A stretch of DNA of 63,765 nucleotides, counting the filler, from Octopus bimaculoides (taxonomy: Eukaryota): assembly GCF_001194135.2 (NCBI RefSeq). It is 8 parts of 7 records of this genome, joined end to end, with 100 filler letters (N's around TTAATTAATTAA, not from the genome) between each part and the next. Parts side by side here need not be neighbours in the genome. Positions count along the whole stretch, not along the records: positions 19,524 to 39,738 come from NC_068995.1; 7 more parts are not named here. One strand, 5' to 3'. The notes under the pieces were generated by a model. The model searched no databases and was not told where the DNA came from. It worked only from the letters and a program-made list of their open reading frames with translations. Positions 25,651-37,574 of the stretch are shown here, piece after piece. Position numbers and translations under genes: made by a program. Position 1 is the stretch's first letter. Each line of letters opens with the position of its first letter.

Positions 25651-28015
25651 TGTGGTGGGTGGGATAGCTGTTCTGTTTCCCAAACGCCTGCACCTAGAGA
25701 TATGATTGATCTTTTGAGATCCGGTCCGTAAGACGGTGGTCCTTGACGTGAACAATAGTGAAGGCGATACCTTTACATTAGTCTCCCCGTGTGCCTCGAT
25801 TGTGCCAGTGCGGCTAAAGTTTTTCGATCGTTTAGAAGCTTTCATGCAAACATCCTGCCCTTTGGTGCTACGGGGCGAATGGAAGATGTATGCCTTTGTT
25901 GGAGCTAGGTCATAAGAGTGGAAGTGTAAAAGCCAAGTAAAGTTACTCGCTGACAAATATTGACTCGATTTTCCGAACGTGGCAGGGTGTTTGAATTAAC
26001 AGCATCATATAAAGATAGAGTATCCTGTTTGTCTGCAGATAAGGAGCCTGTAAGCTGTCCTCAATTCAAAGTATTTTTGACATAAATATGCTTCATATGC
26101 AACGACTCGGTTATTTGAAGCTGAATACACCTTTCCAAGCGCGCGAAGTTTACGGAGTTGAGTGAAAGTGAACAAGGGATGTCTTTAACAACTAATGGAG
26201 GCTATTAGAATAAGTCAATAAGGTTTGGTTTAAAAAATAATGATAGAGAAATTTTCACAAGAGATGGATACAGATGGATATACATGACCCTAAAGGGAGT
26301 GATAATCAAATGCATCGTAACCGATGCGTATAAGTTCTGGTTGGCGCTCGTCCAGTTCTTCATCGTAAAGAATAAAGATTGCATTACCAGCGCATTTTCG
26401 AAGGCATGAAAGCAAAAAGACTGTTACATGGACCTGGTGGCGGATGAATAACGCAACAACAATATCACAATACCGCCGTTAATGCATTTGAATGGACAAC
26501 TGCTTCTCAGTTCCAAGCGGAGAACTTCACTCAAACTTTAGGCGAAGGAGGACTTTACCACTACCTTGATGGTTTGAAGCGGATCTGAGCTGGGGATGCA
26601 GTGTTCTGTAAAAGGCGGATAACACATTATGAAAAACATGAAATGCAGGGAAGAATACCCCGGCGATGGACGACCTGAACTATGAATTTTGCTTTCAAAC
26701 ACCAGATATGTTAGATGAGAATTTGATAACTTTCTATTGCAATGTGACAATTCCCATTTCTGTGAGCACTGCTGTACTAGTAGTGCTGCTGAGAAAGGAC
26801 CTGAACAAGGTGAAAGTTTGATACGTTTAGATCTGCAACTCTGCGAAATTCACAGTTCCAAATTTTGGTCAAAGTCTTATCTAAGTGTTTGGTGATTATT
26901 ATTGGTGGTATTTTCAGTGATACGCCGTCATATGATGCACTAAACAGGTCTTTCTTCGAGAACCTCTTCATCACAGAATAATTAAGCAAGGAATATGGGC
27001 TCTAATCAAGATAGATCAAGAGCTTTCTGGAGGACCATCCACTAATATTTGGTGGTTATCCCGAGTTTTGAGTGCATCACTAGAAGTTTGATCACCGTTA
27101 TGTATAGAAACATGTGCTTAGTCGATCAATATCGTGCTTTAATCCATCAAAGATATTCCTTCCCTCCCCTTCTCTAACACACTTACTCCTCTAGAGCCAC
27201 GAGAACTAAGACGCAGAAGACAGGTGGTTATATATACGGACGCCAAACCTATCGAGGTGATCGCCAGTGCTTTAAGGGAATGTATAATGTCTCATTGGGC
27301 CGGCGACTTAGTATCTGATGATGTAGGTCCATGCTATCTAACGATGTTGTCAGTTTGGAGCCTGGATTTGTTTAGTATGCTTTTCTGTGAACAAGAAAGG
27401 GAAAGAGGTGATGAACAGAACAGTTAGTCTCACACAGAAATAGACGAAAGAAAGCTATTCCTAAAGCGTCGGGCACTGATGGCAAATACCTACATCGCAT
27501 CCACCATCTATTAAACCCTGACTCTTGTGCAACGCCCTGATTCCAAAATGGAACGCTTGAACTTCTACTTTGTGAGGAGGTGGTGCGTTCGGTTCATCAG
27601 ACGGTTCATTTGCTATCAGCATTGGCTGCGTGAAGGACTGCGCACATTGTGTCTTATGATCCGCAGATATGCACTGAGATTACATCGTCATCTTGAAGAT
27701 GAGCAGTCTCACCATTTTCCAGGTGCACGTTTTCACTGCTCATCTCTTTGACAGAGCTGCAGGCCTAGATCGAGCATAAAGCAAGGCAGGACGTCTAGCA
27801 CCCAGAGTGCTTCTAGCCGCGCACATCCATTTTACCAGTCGAAAATTGTGGCAGATAGATGTTCTTCTATGGCATTCAATGGGAATTAATGTGGGTAAGA
27901 TCACGTTGACTTCGAGAAGAAGTTGGGCGTCGAGGAAAAGCAATTATTTTCTCTATTCCGGAGGACTTTTGAGTTGCAGCCCATGGATAGTTTCCATATA
28001 TCCCAGGCCTAGGGT
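25650..28015 (+). mobile_element. Tx1/L1-clade LINE ORF2 relic (APE endonuclease + reverse transcriptase), heavily disrupted
   Basis: Plus-strand fragments: KTVVLDVNNSEGDTFTLVSPCAS..FFDRLEAFMQTSCPLVLRGEW (APE), KNTPAMDDLNYEF..VSTAVLVVLLRKDLNK and DTFRSATLRNSQFQILVKVLSKCL (RT entry, like GKSPGxDGLxYEF and NFRPITLLN), and MIRRYALRLHRHLEDEQ. Confidence 0.8.
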
Positions 28016-30424
28016 GTGATACTGGGAAACAAGATTATGTCGGTGCAACATATTAGTGCGGTGTGCTGCGCCGATATAAATGTGTGCGAGTGTGCGTGTG
28101 TGTATCTGTATGTGTGTGTCTGTATGTGTGTGAGTGTGCTTGTGTATGTGTACATATACATATATGTATATCTATTTATATCTGCTACATGTAGTTGGCA
28201 TTCATTTTTCATACACTATAAACTTTCCAGTAGGATCTCTGTAAAAACCCATGTCTAGCAGCATCATGCCCCCTGAATTCCCTGTTTTTTTTTTCTTCTT
28301 TTTTTTTTACTTGAATGATTCAATTTTATTAACTTGAAAGTGTTGGAACACTTCGTATAAAATATATTACAAAATTGTTCGTCTTCTGGTTTATAATTTT
28401 ATATTATTAAAATTGCTCTGGTTGTCTCAGACATGTTTCACGAAGTGATCCAAAGTTTCCTTGGAAAGTGACTTATTTTGTAGCCAGGGACTAGATAATT
28501 GTTTCTAATGGATATTTTTGCATCGTTGCGAAATACCAAACTTTTAACAAAGTAGTTATCGATTAATCACGTAATGTTATTCATCTAATCGATAACTTCC
28601 TATTAATTGATTTCTACTACTAGAAGAAATTTAGTTATTATGAAGCCTCTATAAATCAGAGAATACTAGCTGCTGTTACATTTGGATATCATCTCCATTG
28701 ATTGGCGTTAATAATACCTTATTGCCGATATTACACTCGCGGCATATTCATTGAAAGAAATCAGTAGCCTATTATTTGGGCTTAAATGAGGTATCATTAA
28801 ATTGATGCCAATCAACGATCCCATATTAGAGTTCTTCGGATTTAAACGTGCCATCATGTATTGATTTCTATCAGTGACGGTTTGCATTGAATTAAAATAA
28901 ATATCACTCAACGGTTTCATGTAAAATCCAGTAATAGCTATTTAAAATACTCATGTATTTCAATCAGGTCACCTGTTTCATTATAATTTGATAACAATTA
29001 TTCATTTATATCATTGATATCTGATTGGGGCAGAATAATATAATGTGCAATTCCCAATTCAAAAATGATATTGTGGACGGAGAAACAATGGTGAAATAGG
29101 TTAATTATGAAGAATAATCCTTTAATGTGGATAATGGGATACTAGACTTTCATTCGGATAAGTAAATCTGCATGAATGCTAATTTCATTAAACATCATTT
29201 ATCATCGAAACACACATTTCAAAAAGTTAGCGTGGGGCATTTTGTTAATATTCTTTGATTTAAAAGTCGGAATGAATCGCAAGAGAGCTAAATATCAAAA
29301 CTGAAAATATATGCATATAATAATTCTTTGTCTCCATAAACTTGAGAATTTAAATTTCAAACTAAGATTAGATCTTAATTTAAACAACAAAACTGTTTAG
29401 TAAAGTTATTCGATATTTTCATGATGTATATTTATATATATATATATATATATATNNNNNNNNNNNNNNNNNNNNNNNNNNNNNNNNNNNNNNNNNNNNN
29501 NNNNNNNNNNNNNNNNNNNNNNNNNNNNNNNNNNNNNNNNNNNNNNNNNNNNNNNNNNNNNNNNNNNNNNNNNNNNNNNNNNNNNNNNNNNNNNNNNNNN
29601 NNNNNNNNNNNNNNNNNNNNNNNNNNNNNNNNNNNNNNNNNNNNNNNNNNNNNNNNNNNNNNNNNNNNNNNNNNNNNNNNNNNNNNNNNNNNNNNNNNNN
29701 NNNNNNNNNNNNNNNNNNNNNNNNNNNNNNNNNNNNNNNNNNNNNNNNNNNNNNNNNNNNNTACGCATCATTGATCATTTTAAAGTAAAGAAAATAATGA
29801 TAAGTAAATACTGATATCGATAGCATAAGTTTGTTCGTTGTGTTTTTATCAGATTATATTTCTATTTTTTCTTCACATCAAAAATGAATTTGATAATGGC
29901 TTTTCTAAATAGAATCAGTGGCTTTATTTATCAAAGGAAAACTAGACTAATGTTACTTTAGATACATAGTTACTTTACAAAAGCTTTCGAAACTTATCAG
30001 ATTTCAAATTGGACATTGTACATGTAGCTGTTTTGGCGTTCATACATGCATACAAGCATACATACATATATACACGCATACATACGTAGACATACGAACA
30101 CAACGACACAAGCGCAAGCATTCACAAACACATTGCCACACGCACACACGCGCATAGACACACACACTTACACACACAAACACACACACACATATATATA
30201 CAGATACTATGCATATATAAGAAGTAACTTTCCATTCCCTCATTCTTTCATTTCTCTTTTTATCTCTGATTATCTTCACTGTCCGAAAGAAATCGACTGT
30301 GTCTAGACGTGTGTCAAAGACATGCCGCATGACACCACGATTTTATTTCTTTCAACACACGTATCCACATCAAGAATCTTGCACACGAAATACACATACG
30401 AAATATATATATATACATGCATAT

Positions 30425-30580
30425 ATACTCTTTATTCTCTTTTACTCTTTTACTTGTTTCAGTAATTTGACTGCGGCCATGCTGGAGCACCGCCTTTAGT
30501 CGAGTAAATAGACCCCAGGACTTATTCTTTGTAAGCCTAGTACTTATTCTACCGGTCTCTTTTGCCGAACCGCTAAGTGA
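30425..30580 (+). mobile_element. Repeat family B, cut by a gap
   Basis: TTTTACTCTTTTACTTGTTTCAG..GACTGCGGCCATGCTGGAGCACCGCCTTTAG..GCCGAACCGCTAAG. Confidence 0.85.
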
Positions 30581-31364
30581 NNNNNNNNNNNNNNNNNNNN
30601 NNNNNNNNNNNNNNNNNNNNNNNNNNNNNNNNNNNNNNNNNNNNNNNNNNNNNNNNNNNNNNNNNNNNNNNNNNNNNNNNNNNNNNNNNNNNNNNNNNNN
30701 NNNNNNNNNNNNNNNNNNNNNNNNNNNNNNNNNNNNNNNNNNNNNNNNNNNNNNNNNNNNNNNNNNNNNNNNNNNNNNNNNNNNNNNNNNNNNNNNNNNN
30801 NNNNNNNNNNNNNNNNNNNNNNNNNNNNNNNNNNNNNNNNNNNNNNNNNNNNNNNNNNNNNNNNNNNNNNNNNNNNNNNNNNNNNNNNNNNNNNNNNNNN
30901 NNNNNNNNNNNNNNNNNNNNNNNNNNNNNNNNNNNNNNNNNNNNNNNNNNNNNNNNNNNNNNNNNNNNNNNNNNNNNNNNNNNNNNNNNNNNNNNNNNNN
31001 NNNNNNNNNNNNNNNNNNNNNNNNNNNNNNNNNNNNNNNNNNNNNNNNNNNNNNNNNNNNNNNNNNNNNNNNNNNNNNNNNNNNNNNNNNNNNNNNNNNN
31101 NNNNNNNNNNNNNNNNNNNNNNNNNNNNNNNNNNNNNNNNNNNNNNNNNNNNNNNNNNNNNNNNNNNNNNNNNNNNNNNNNNNNNNTTTAACTTCTATGT
31201 GATATAATTCTTGGGAAAGAATATATTTGCAGCTGAAGATAGCTTTATACCATCCTGTCTATCAATTATATACCAATAATGATGCAACAACTATAAAGCT
31301 TGAAACACGTGTACCGTAGAATCCTTTGTGTTTTGTTTTTATTTTTACATACATATATATGTAT

Positions 31365-31560
31365 GTGTTTGTCCCCCTACCATTGCTTGACAGCCTATGT
31401 CGGTGTGTTTACGTACACGTTGCATTAGCTATTCGGGAAAAGAGACCGATAGAATAAGTACTAGACTTTCAAAGAATAAGTGCTGGGATCGACGTGTTCG
31501 GCTAACGGCGGTGCCTCAGCATGGCTGAGGTCAAATTAATGAAACAAGAAAAAGAATAAA
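31365..31560 (-). mobile_element. Repeat family B, opposite orientation
   Basis: GAGACCGATAGAATAAGTACTAG..GGCGGTGC..CAGCATGGC..GAAACAAGAAAAAG. Confidence 0.8.
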
Positions 31561-31639
31561 AGAATTAAAGAATATACATACATACGTAAATACATACATA
31601 CCTATACATACATATACGTACTTAGGGTGGTGCTTGTAT

Positions 31640-32075
31640 CATTTGACAGTAGTTTTGATTTTATAATGCCTACACATTATCCAGTGTAGATACTGGCCAA
31701 CTCTGTCATGTATTGATCTGTACTCTGCAGATGCTAACACCTTACAATCCAAGATTAAGTGGTCTACTGTTTCAATCTCATTGTAACTGTATCGGTACTT
31801 TGGGGCTACACCATTTTTCATCACATTGGCTTGATAGTCCACTGATCATGGGAAGCCAAGATATAGCCTCCACTCTCTGCCTTTAGTTCTGAGCTCTGTA
31901 GCCACTGATTGATGCGCTTCTGCTCTACATAAGCTTGTTTGCTACGCGCCATACATTTGCCATGCAGAGGTTTGGTTTCCACCTATCAGCCAATTGTTCA
32001 AACTCATTTTGCTTTGCTATTAGTTTCACATTCTTCGCAACAACAGTTTCTGCACTTCCACTTTGTTGTCGAACC
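31640..32075 (-). mobile_element. R4/Dong-type (RLE) LINE fragment, zinc-knuckle region
   Basis: RWKTKPLHGK..NQWLQSSELKAESGGYILASHDQ and NEIETVDHLILDCKVLASAEYRSIHDRVGQYLHW. Confidence 0.85.
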
Positions 32076-32082
32076 TGAGTAT

Positions 32083-32147
<65 letters not shown>

Positions 32148-32149
32148 TT

Positions 32150-35100
32150 ATGGTTTTCTTTCATTATAATTTTATTTCAGCTGCTTTAGTACCGGGCATT
32201 CTCCGGAGGCCAAGAGTAGTAAGGGCACTTTCGTTTTCCTATACGTGCTAAAATTATCACCGCATTTATTCCATTTTAGATGGAGAGTGCTTTCTGTAGT
32301 GTATGGGTTGTACCCATGAAGGTTATCTCTTGTAGTTCACAGAGATTGGAGTCACCAAGCAGTTGCTTGATATACTTCTCAGCTCCCTTCTTTATCTTCC
32401 CCAACGAACCACTTTCTACTGGTATCATCGTAGTACTAAGTTTCTCTTTTTGTGATTCCAATTTGCAGATCTTTACAGTGAGAAAGCTTTACGTATTTCT
32501 TTCTTGAGACATTTTGATCTTGTAGGACAGACATATCTATTAACAGACACCTTCCTCTGTTATAGTCCTTGACCACAATGTCTGGTCGATTTTTCTGTCT
32601 GTTTGTATTGGGAAGTTCCAAAGGATGGTGACACCCTCGCTATTTACTACATCCTCTGCATGGTGCCTGTACTACTTACCATGGAATTTAATTTTGTAAT
32701 AATTACAACCATTCCAGTGGAAGTACTGCCCTAGTCTGTCATGTCTTATGAGGCACTTCTTTTCGGGGAGGACTGAGCAGCCAGAACCAACATGATCAAT
32801 TGTCTCTGTGAATTTTCCGCAAATTCTGCACGAGGTAAGGTGTCAGGTCCATCTTTAAGGACGTTTCCATGGTAGGTTCCTGGAGGTAAGCTCTGATCTT
32901 GCGCTGCAATAACAAAACTTTCTGTTTCCACTATCAGACCTGTCCCTTATAGCCAATGGTGTGTTAGATTTTGATCAATATCTGGCTTGGACAGCAGGCG
33001 GTTAGGCTATTTTCCATGCAGGAGTTTATCTCTCCAGTTTTCGATATTATTCATGCAAGCCTTCTTTGTTTTTTGTTTGATGTTTTTTGCATCAATGGTA
33101 GGTCTGTCACTATTTGGATCTCTTTGGTCTTTATGATTGCTAATTTCTAAATCAGGATGGTGATACGTATTGTTAACTTGTAAGCCAAGAGACTTTTTAA
33201 ATTTCTAACTAAGCTTCATGACTGAAGCTTGTTTGGAATCTTCATAATTCAGTGCAGTTCGTAAGAGCCCATTACTTGTTGTATTAATGTACGTTTCAAG
33301 GCCTATTATTGCTGATTGTTCGAGCTGTATCAGGCCTCTTCCACCTATTCTTCTTAGGAGTTAAATCCTGTCTGCATCTGATTTTAGATGGTACATTTGG
33401 TACCTTGTAAAGATTTTACGGATTTTTCCGTCCATATTCTGCATGATTTATATATTGCTTTTATTTATACGCCCTTTTAAAGCCTAGCCAGGATCATGGG
33501 CCCGGTTTCCCGGTTTCTATGTCATATGTGTTCCCCCTAGCTCGACGGGACGCCAGTCCATCACAGCGTTACCTAAGAAACAGGAAGAAAGAGTGAGGGA
33601 ATGTTGGGGAGAAGGAGTACAACAGGAGTCGCTCCCACCTGCCGGAGCCTAGTGGAGCTTTAGGTGTTTTCGCTCAATAAACTCTCACAACGCCCGGTCT
33701 GGGAATCGAAACCGCGATCCTCCAACCGCAAGTCCGCTACCCTAACAACTTAGCCATTGCGCCTTTTGGTTACTGGTATGGCCAAAGTGTTGATCGCATT
33801 GATTCTTTTAGCAGCATTTACTTCTGAGATTAGCTCCATTCTTACCTTGAATAGCATTCCTTGCGGAGTTTCTCTTCCATTTTAGAGTGCTCGATACCAT
33901 CCAATGATGGTATCGATTCCTAGATATTTGTTTACTTCGGATTGGTCTAGGTTTCCATTAGTTGTGGTAGTATCAGTTTCAATATTTTCTGCCTTGATGA
34001 ACTTCCCTGCCTTGAAAGTAGGGGTTGCACATTTATCAAATAGGAATTCCATATCTATATCAGAGCTGAGTTCGTTGACAATATTCAGGAGCTCTTCTAA
34101 TTCATTGTCGCTTTGGCAAACAGTTTTTGATCATCCATATAGAGTAGATAATTAATTTTCTGGTCCAAGATCTTATACTCTCCCTTAGCATTATCCAGTT
34201 GCGTGGATACAGGGAACAGAACGAGACAGAAAAGTAATGGCGATAATGAGTCACATTGCAAGATACCACAGGCGATTTTGATGTGTGGTGAGGAGGTATA
34301 ACCTTATGTATGGTTTAAAATTAGGGAGTTTCTCCACGAATTCATTGTTACTTTTAAAAAGTTCACAATTGTTGGAATTATCTTGTAAACTTCCAGGGCT
34401 TGATGATCCATGCATGGGGAACACTGTCAACAGTCTTCTTGTAATCTATCCAAGCGTTGCTAAGATTTCTCCGTTTGGATTTGCAATTTTCAATGACCAT
34501 TTATTTGAATCAGTAATTGCTCCCTGCATCCATATGAACTCCTTTTACATCCGTTTCTCGAAGAATTCATATGTTCTATTCGCTGTTATAGATGTTAATA
34601 CTTTATACATGGTGGTAAGGCATGCTATGGGTTGGTATTTTGGGGGTTTAGTAGTTTCTTCTCTTTTTGGTAAGAGATATGTAAGACCTTCTGGAATCCA
34701 CTTTGGGGCTCTCGCAGTGTTCGATATCACCTCATTCAGTTTTACGGCTAAGTTGTGGTGGTTGCTCATTAAAGAGTTTAGCCAAGAATTTGAAATCTTA
34801 TCTATCCCAGGGGATTTCCATTTCTTTGACTTGGCGAGCGCAGTTTTCACTTCTTCATTTGTTATGTCCCACCATTCTTGATATCTGAGTTGGGCATTGG
34901 CCTTTTCTATGTCTCTGACCCAACATGCATTCTGATTAAACTCATTTGGATTACTCCAGTCGTTTTTCCAAAACTCTTCAGTTTGCTGCTGGAGTGGAGG
35001 TATTTTCACAATAATGGTATTTAACCCAGTTCCCTGTAGGATTTTTTGTATTCTCCTTGAATATCATGTTTTGTCTAGGGGTATGCTGAGCGTTTGTTGT

Positions 35101-35854
35101 ATCTTGGCAGTTTGGTTTTCAATTGTACTTTTTGTTTCAGGATTTCATTTGTGTATCCTTTGTTTTCTTGGTCATGATAAGCAATTATTCTTATTAGTTT
35201 GTTGGGTTTATTAGTTTTTCTTTTGCTTGCTTCAAGTAGGAATGATATATCTGCTCTTAGTTGGATTATTTACCGCTTTATTCTTTCCATTTATGCAGGC
35301 TGTTTGTGTATATTGCACTTTGTTTTGTCTATCTCTAATTTTAATACCGCATATATGAGTTGCAACATATGCAGCTGAGTAAATAAGTTGATCAATCACT
35401 GCCATTTTCTCTACTATTCTCAAGAAGTTGTCGTATCAGCTTTTCAAGTGCTTGATCAACTTCTTTGATTACTTCTCTGTTCTTATTAGTATTAATAACT
35501 TTGAGAAGTGGGGATCTTTCGTGGAAAAGTTGATGTAGCTGTATTAGATATTCTTCTAGTATTCCATCTAACAGATAATTTCTGACGTGTTTTTAGTATC
35601 AACTGATGGTTCACCTGTGTACTCAGTTTCCTGGACTGAACTAGTGACTTCAGAGCTTTTTGCCTATAGGTATAAGTGAGTGTGTATTAACCTGAGCTGA
35701 CTTTTTACTGATCTGACTATTTTGTCAATTTCGCTGTCAGTCTTTTATTTCTTAGGATATCACGTCTCATAGCTACTAGTTTATTACTGTGCATGTGTAG
35801 CCTGCTCTGCGGGTGTTTGCACCTCCAGATATTGTAGGTTTCCATTTGTGTGGC
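32150..35854 (-). mobile_element. Near-full-length degenerate R4/Dong-type non-LTR retrotransposon (RT + CCHC + restriction-like endonuclease)
   Basis: KSPGIDKISNSWL, KYQPIACLTTMYKVLT, CDSLSPLLFCL..YLLYMDD (RT), GGRGLIQLE, ETESFVIAAQDQ, RHDRLGQYFHW, NRPDIVVKD and C-terminal GTTHTLQKALSI. Many frameshifts and stops. The 5' end abuts a short (TAA)n on the element strand. Confidence 0.9.
33467..33765 (-). mobile_element. tRNA-derived SINE with V-domain-like 3' module, inserted into the R4/Dong ORF
   Basis: Reverse complement AAGGCGCAATGGCTAAGTTGTTAGG..GGTTTCGATTCCC (B box) ..GCTGTGATGGACTGGCGTCCCGTC (V-SINE-like from memory). The LINE coding sequence resumes on both sides. Confidence 0.75.
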
Positions 35855-35869
35855 TTATTATTATTATTA

Positions 35870-36195
35870 CTTTATGTTTGACTTTTGCTTTGCATTTGTA
35901 CAAGTTGGATCCAAGTCTCATCCAGAGACCTCAAGAGACAACAAGTTAGAAGTTCATGTAGGTGTTATGCCTACGGTACCATATATTTCGATTTGTACAT
36001 AGTGTTGTTCTAGAGAATGTTTATGAAACCATCAGAAAATTATGTGTTTGTTTTAAAATTTGAGATCACATAGACAGTATTTTACGTAGGACATGGGCAG
36101 TTCCCATGAGCACTATCTTTTGAACTTCAGCCATTTTGGGGTTTCCTGGTATCTGAGCTAGGTAGTAATCAGCCCATTTCGCTGTCATTCCCAGG
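35870..36195 (-). mobile_element. 3' end (C-terminus + 3' UTR) of a second R4/Dong-type family
   Basis: LGMTAKWADYYLAQIPGNPKMAEVQKIVLMGTAHVLRKILSM*, then a UTR ending in TAATAATAATAA. Confidence 0.85.
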
Positions 36196-36485
36196 NNNNN
36201 NNNNNNNNNNNNNNNNNNNNNNNNNNNNNNNNNNNNNNNNNNNNNNNNNNNNNNNNNNNNNNNNNNNNNNNNNNNNNNNNNNNNNNNNNNNNNNNNNNNN
36301 NNNNNNNNNNNNNNNNNNNNNNNNNNNNNNNNNNNNNNNNNNNNNNNNNNNNNNNNNNNNNNNNNNNNNNNNNNNNNNNNNNNNNNNNNNNNNNNNNNNN
36401 NNNNNNNNNNNNNNNNNNNNNNNNNNNNNNNNNNNNNNNNNNNNNNNNNNNNNNNNNNNNNNNNNNNNNNNNNNNNNNNNNNNNN

Positions 36486-36866
36486 GAGCAAAACACCCAT
36501 GTTTCCAAAGGTGAATTATTCAAGCCCCAAAGAATTCCTCTCAACATATGGCTATGATGCTCCCCCACTACTTCTGCTCATGATCAGAGATGAACATATC
36601 GTCAGCCACCAAGGAACATGCTCAACTGGTTAAGGTCAAACAACTGACAAGCAAATCGGTGGTATTAAGCAGAATATTTGCTGTAGCCCATCTTTTTATA
36701 CCAAGACAAAACAATGTACATGATAACACTTCTAATCAGTTAAGGTCAGAAGCCATGAGAGCCACTGCCTGGTACTGCATCCGGGCATTTATACTGCATC
36801 CGGGCATTGATACTGCATCCGGGCATTGGTACTGCATCCGGGCATTTATACTGCATCCGGGCATTT
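36486..36866 (-). mobile_element. Unclassified interspersed repeat family D, cut by a gap
   Basis: Homologous to 36985-37530 and, inverted, to 49235-49451 (TACCAAGACAAAACAATGTACATGAT, CAACTGACAAG, CCCCCACTAC). Strand is nominal. Confidence 0.85.
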
Positions 36867-36867
36867 A
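36773..36867. repeat. Five tandem copies of a 19 bp unit TACTGCATCCGGGCATT(T/G)(A/G)
   Basis: Units start at 36773, 36792, 36811, 36830 and 36849. Confidence 0.95.
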
Positions 36868-36891
36868 TTATTATTATTATTATTATTATTA

Positions 36892-36938
<47 letters not shown>

Positions 36939-36950
36939 ATTATTATTATC

Positions 36951-36982
<32 letters not shown>

Positions 36983-36984
36983 TA

Positions 36985-37530
36985 TTAAATGAGGGAGCCG
37001 TGCACACCACCAAAGTGACATTGGGGTACAATTATACAAGGCCCAATACACCCATCATGAGTACCCGCCTGATAAGGGAATACCAGGCACATGCATTACA
37101 ATTATATGTGCGCGATATGGTGACAACATATCAAGATAAACAGCGCATGAGTTTGCAAGTGGAGCCCAGTTAGAATTTTTTTTCTGTTGAGTACCCCTTC
37201 CCACTCAAAAGTTCCCTGAATAAGGTTTGCTTAAGGAAGCGAAAGAAATGCACATGATTCCAAAGGTGAATTATCCAAACCCCAAATAATTCCTCTCAAC
37301 ACGTGGTTATGATCCTCCCCCACTACAGAGATGTACATAGTATCAGCCACTAGGGGATATGCTCAACTGGTTAAGATCAAACAACTGACAAGCCAGTCTG
37401 TGATATCAAGCAGAATATTTCCTGTAGCCATGTTTTATACCAAGACAAAACAATGTACATGATAACACTTCCAACCAGGTGAAGATGAGAAGCCAGGAGA
37501 GCCACTACCTGGTACTGCACCAGGGCATTT
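36985..37530 (-). mobile_element. Unclassified interspersed repeat family D, apparently complete (~545 bp)
   Basis: Bounded by TTA-type tracts on both sides and homologous to the other two D copies. Confidence 0.8.
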
Positions 37531-37574
37531 ATTGTTATTGATGTTGTTGTTGATGTTGTTATCATTATTATTCC

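Noticed and set aside
25636-27943. Minus-strand ORFs that superficially suggested Gypsy RT/integrase (FSKKDLF, HSPRSTKGQ)
   Set aside because: The plus strand gives colinear APE and non-LTR RT motifs, so these are antisense shadows.
35870-36866. Bipartite element made of a family D 5' part fused to an R4/Dong 3' end (ORF 36066-36500)
   Set aside because: The link is a 290 N gap, about the length of the missing remainder of D seen in the complete copy. Two separate insertions is the simpler reading, though long reads could revive the idea.
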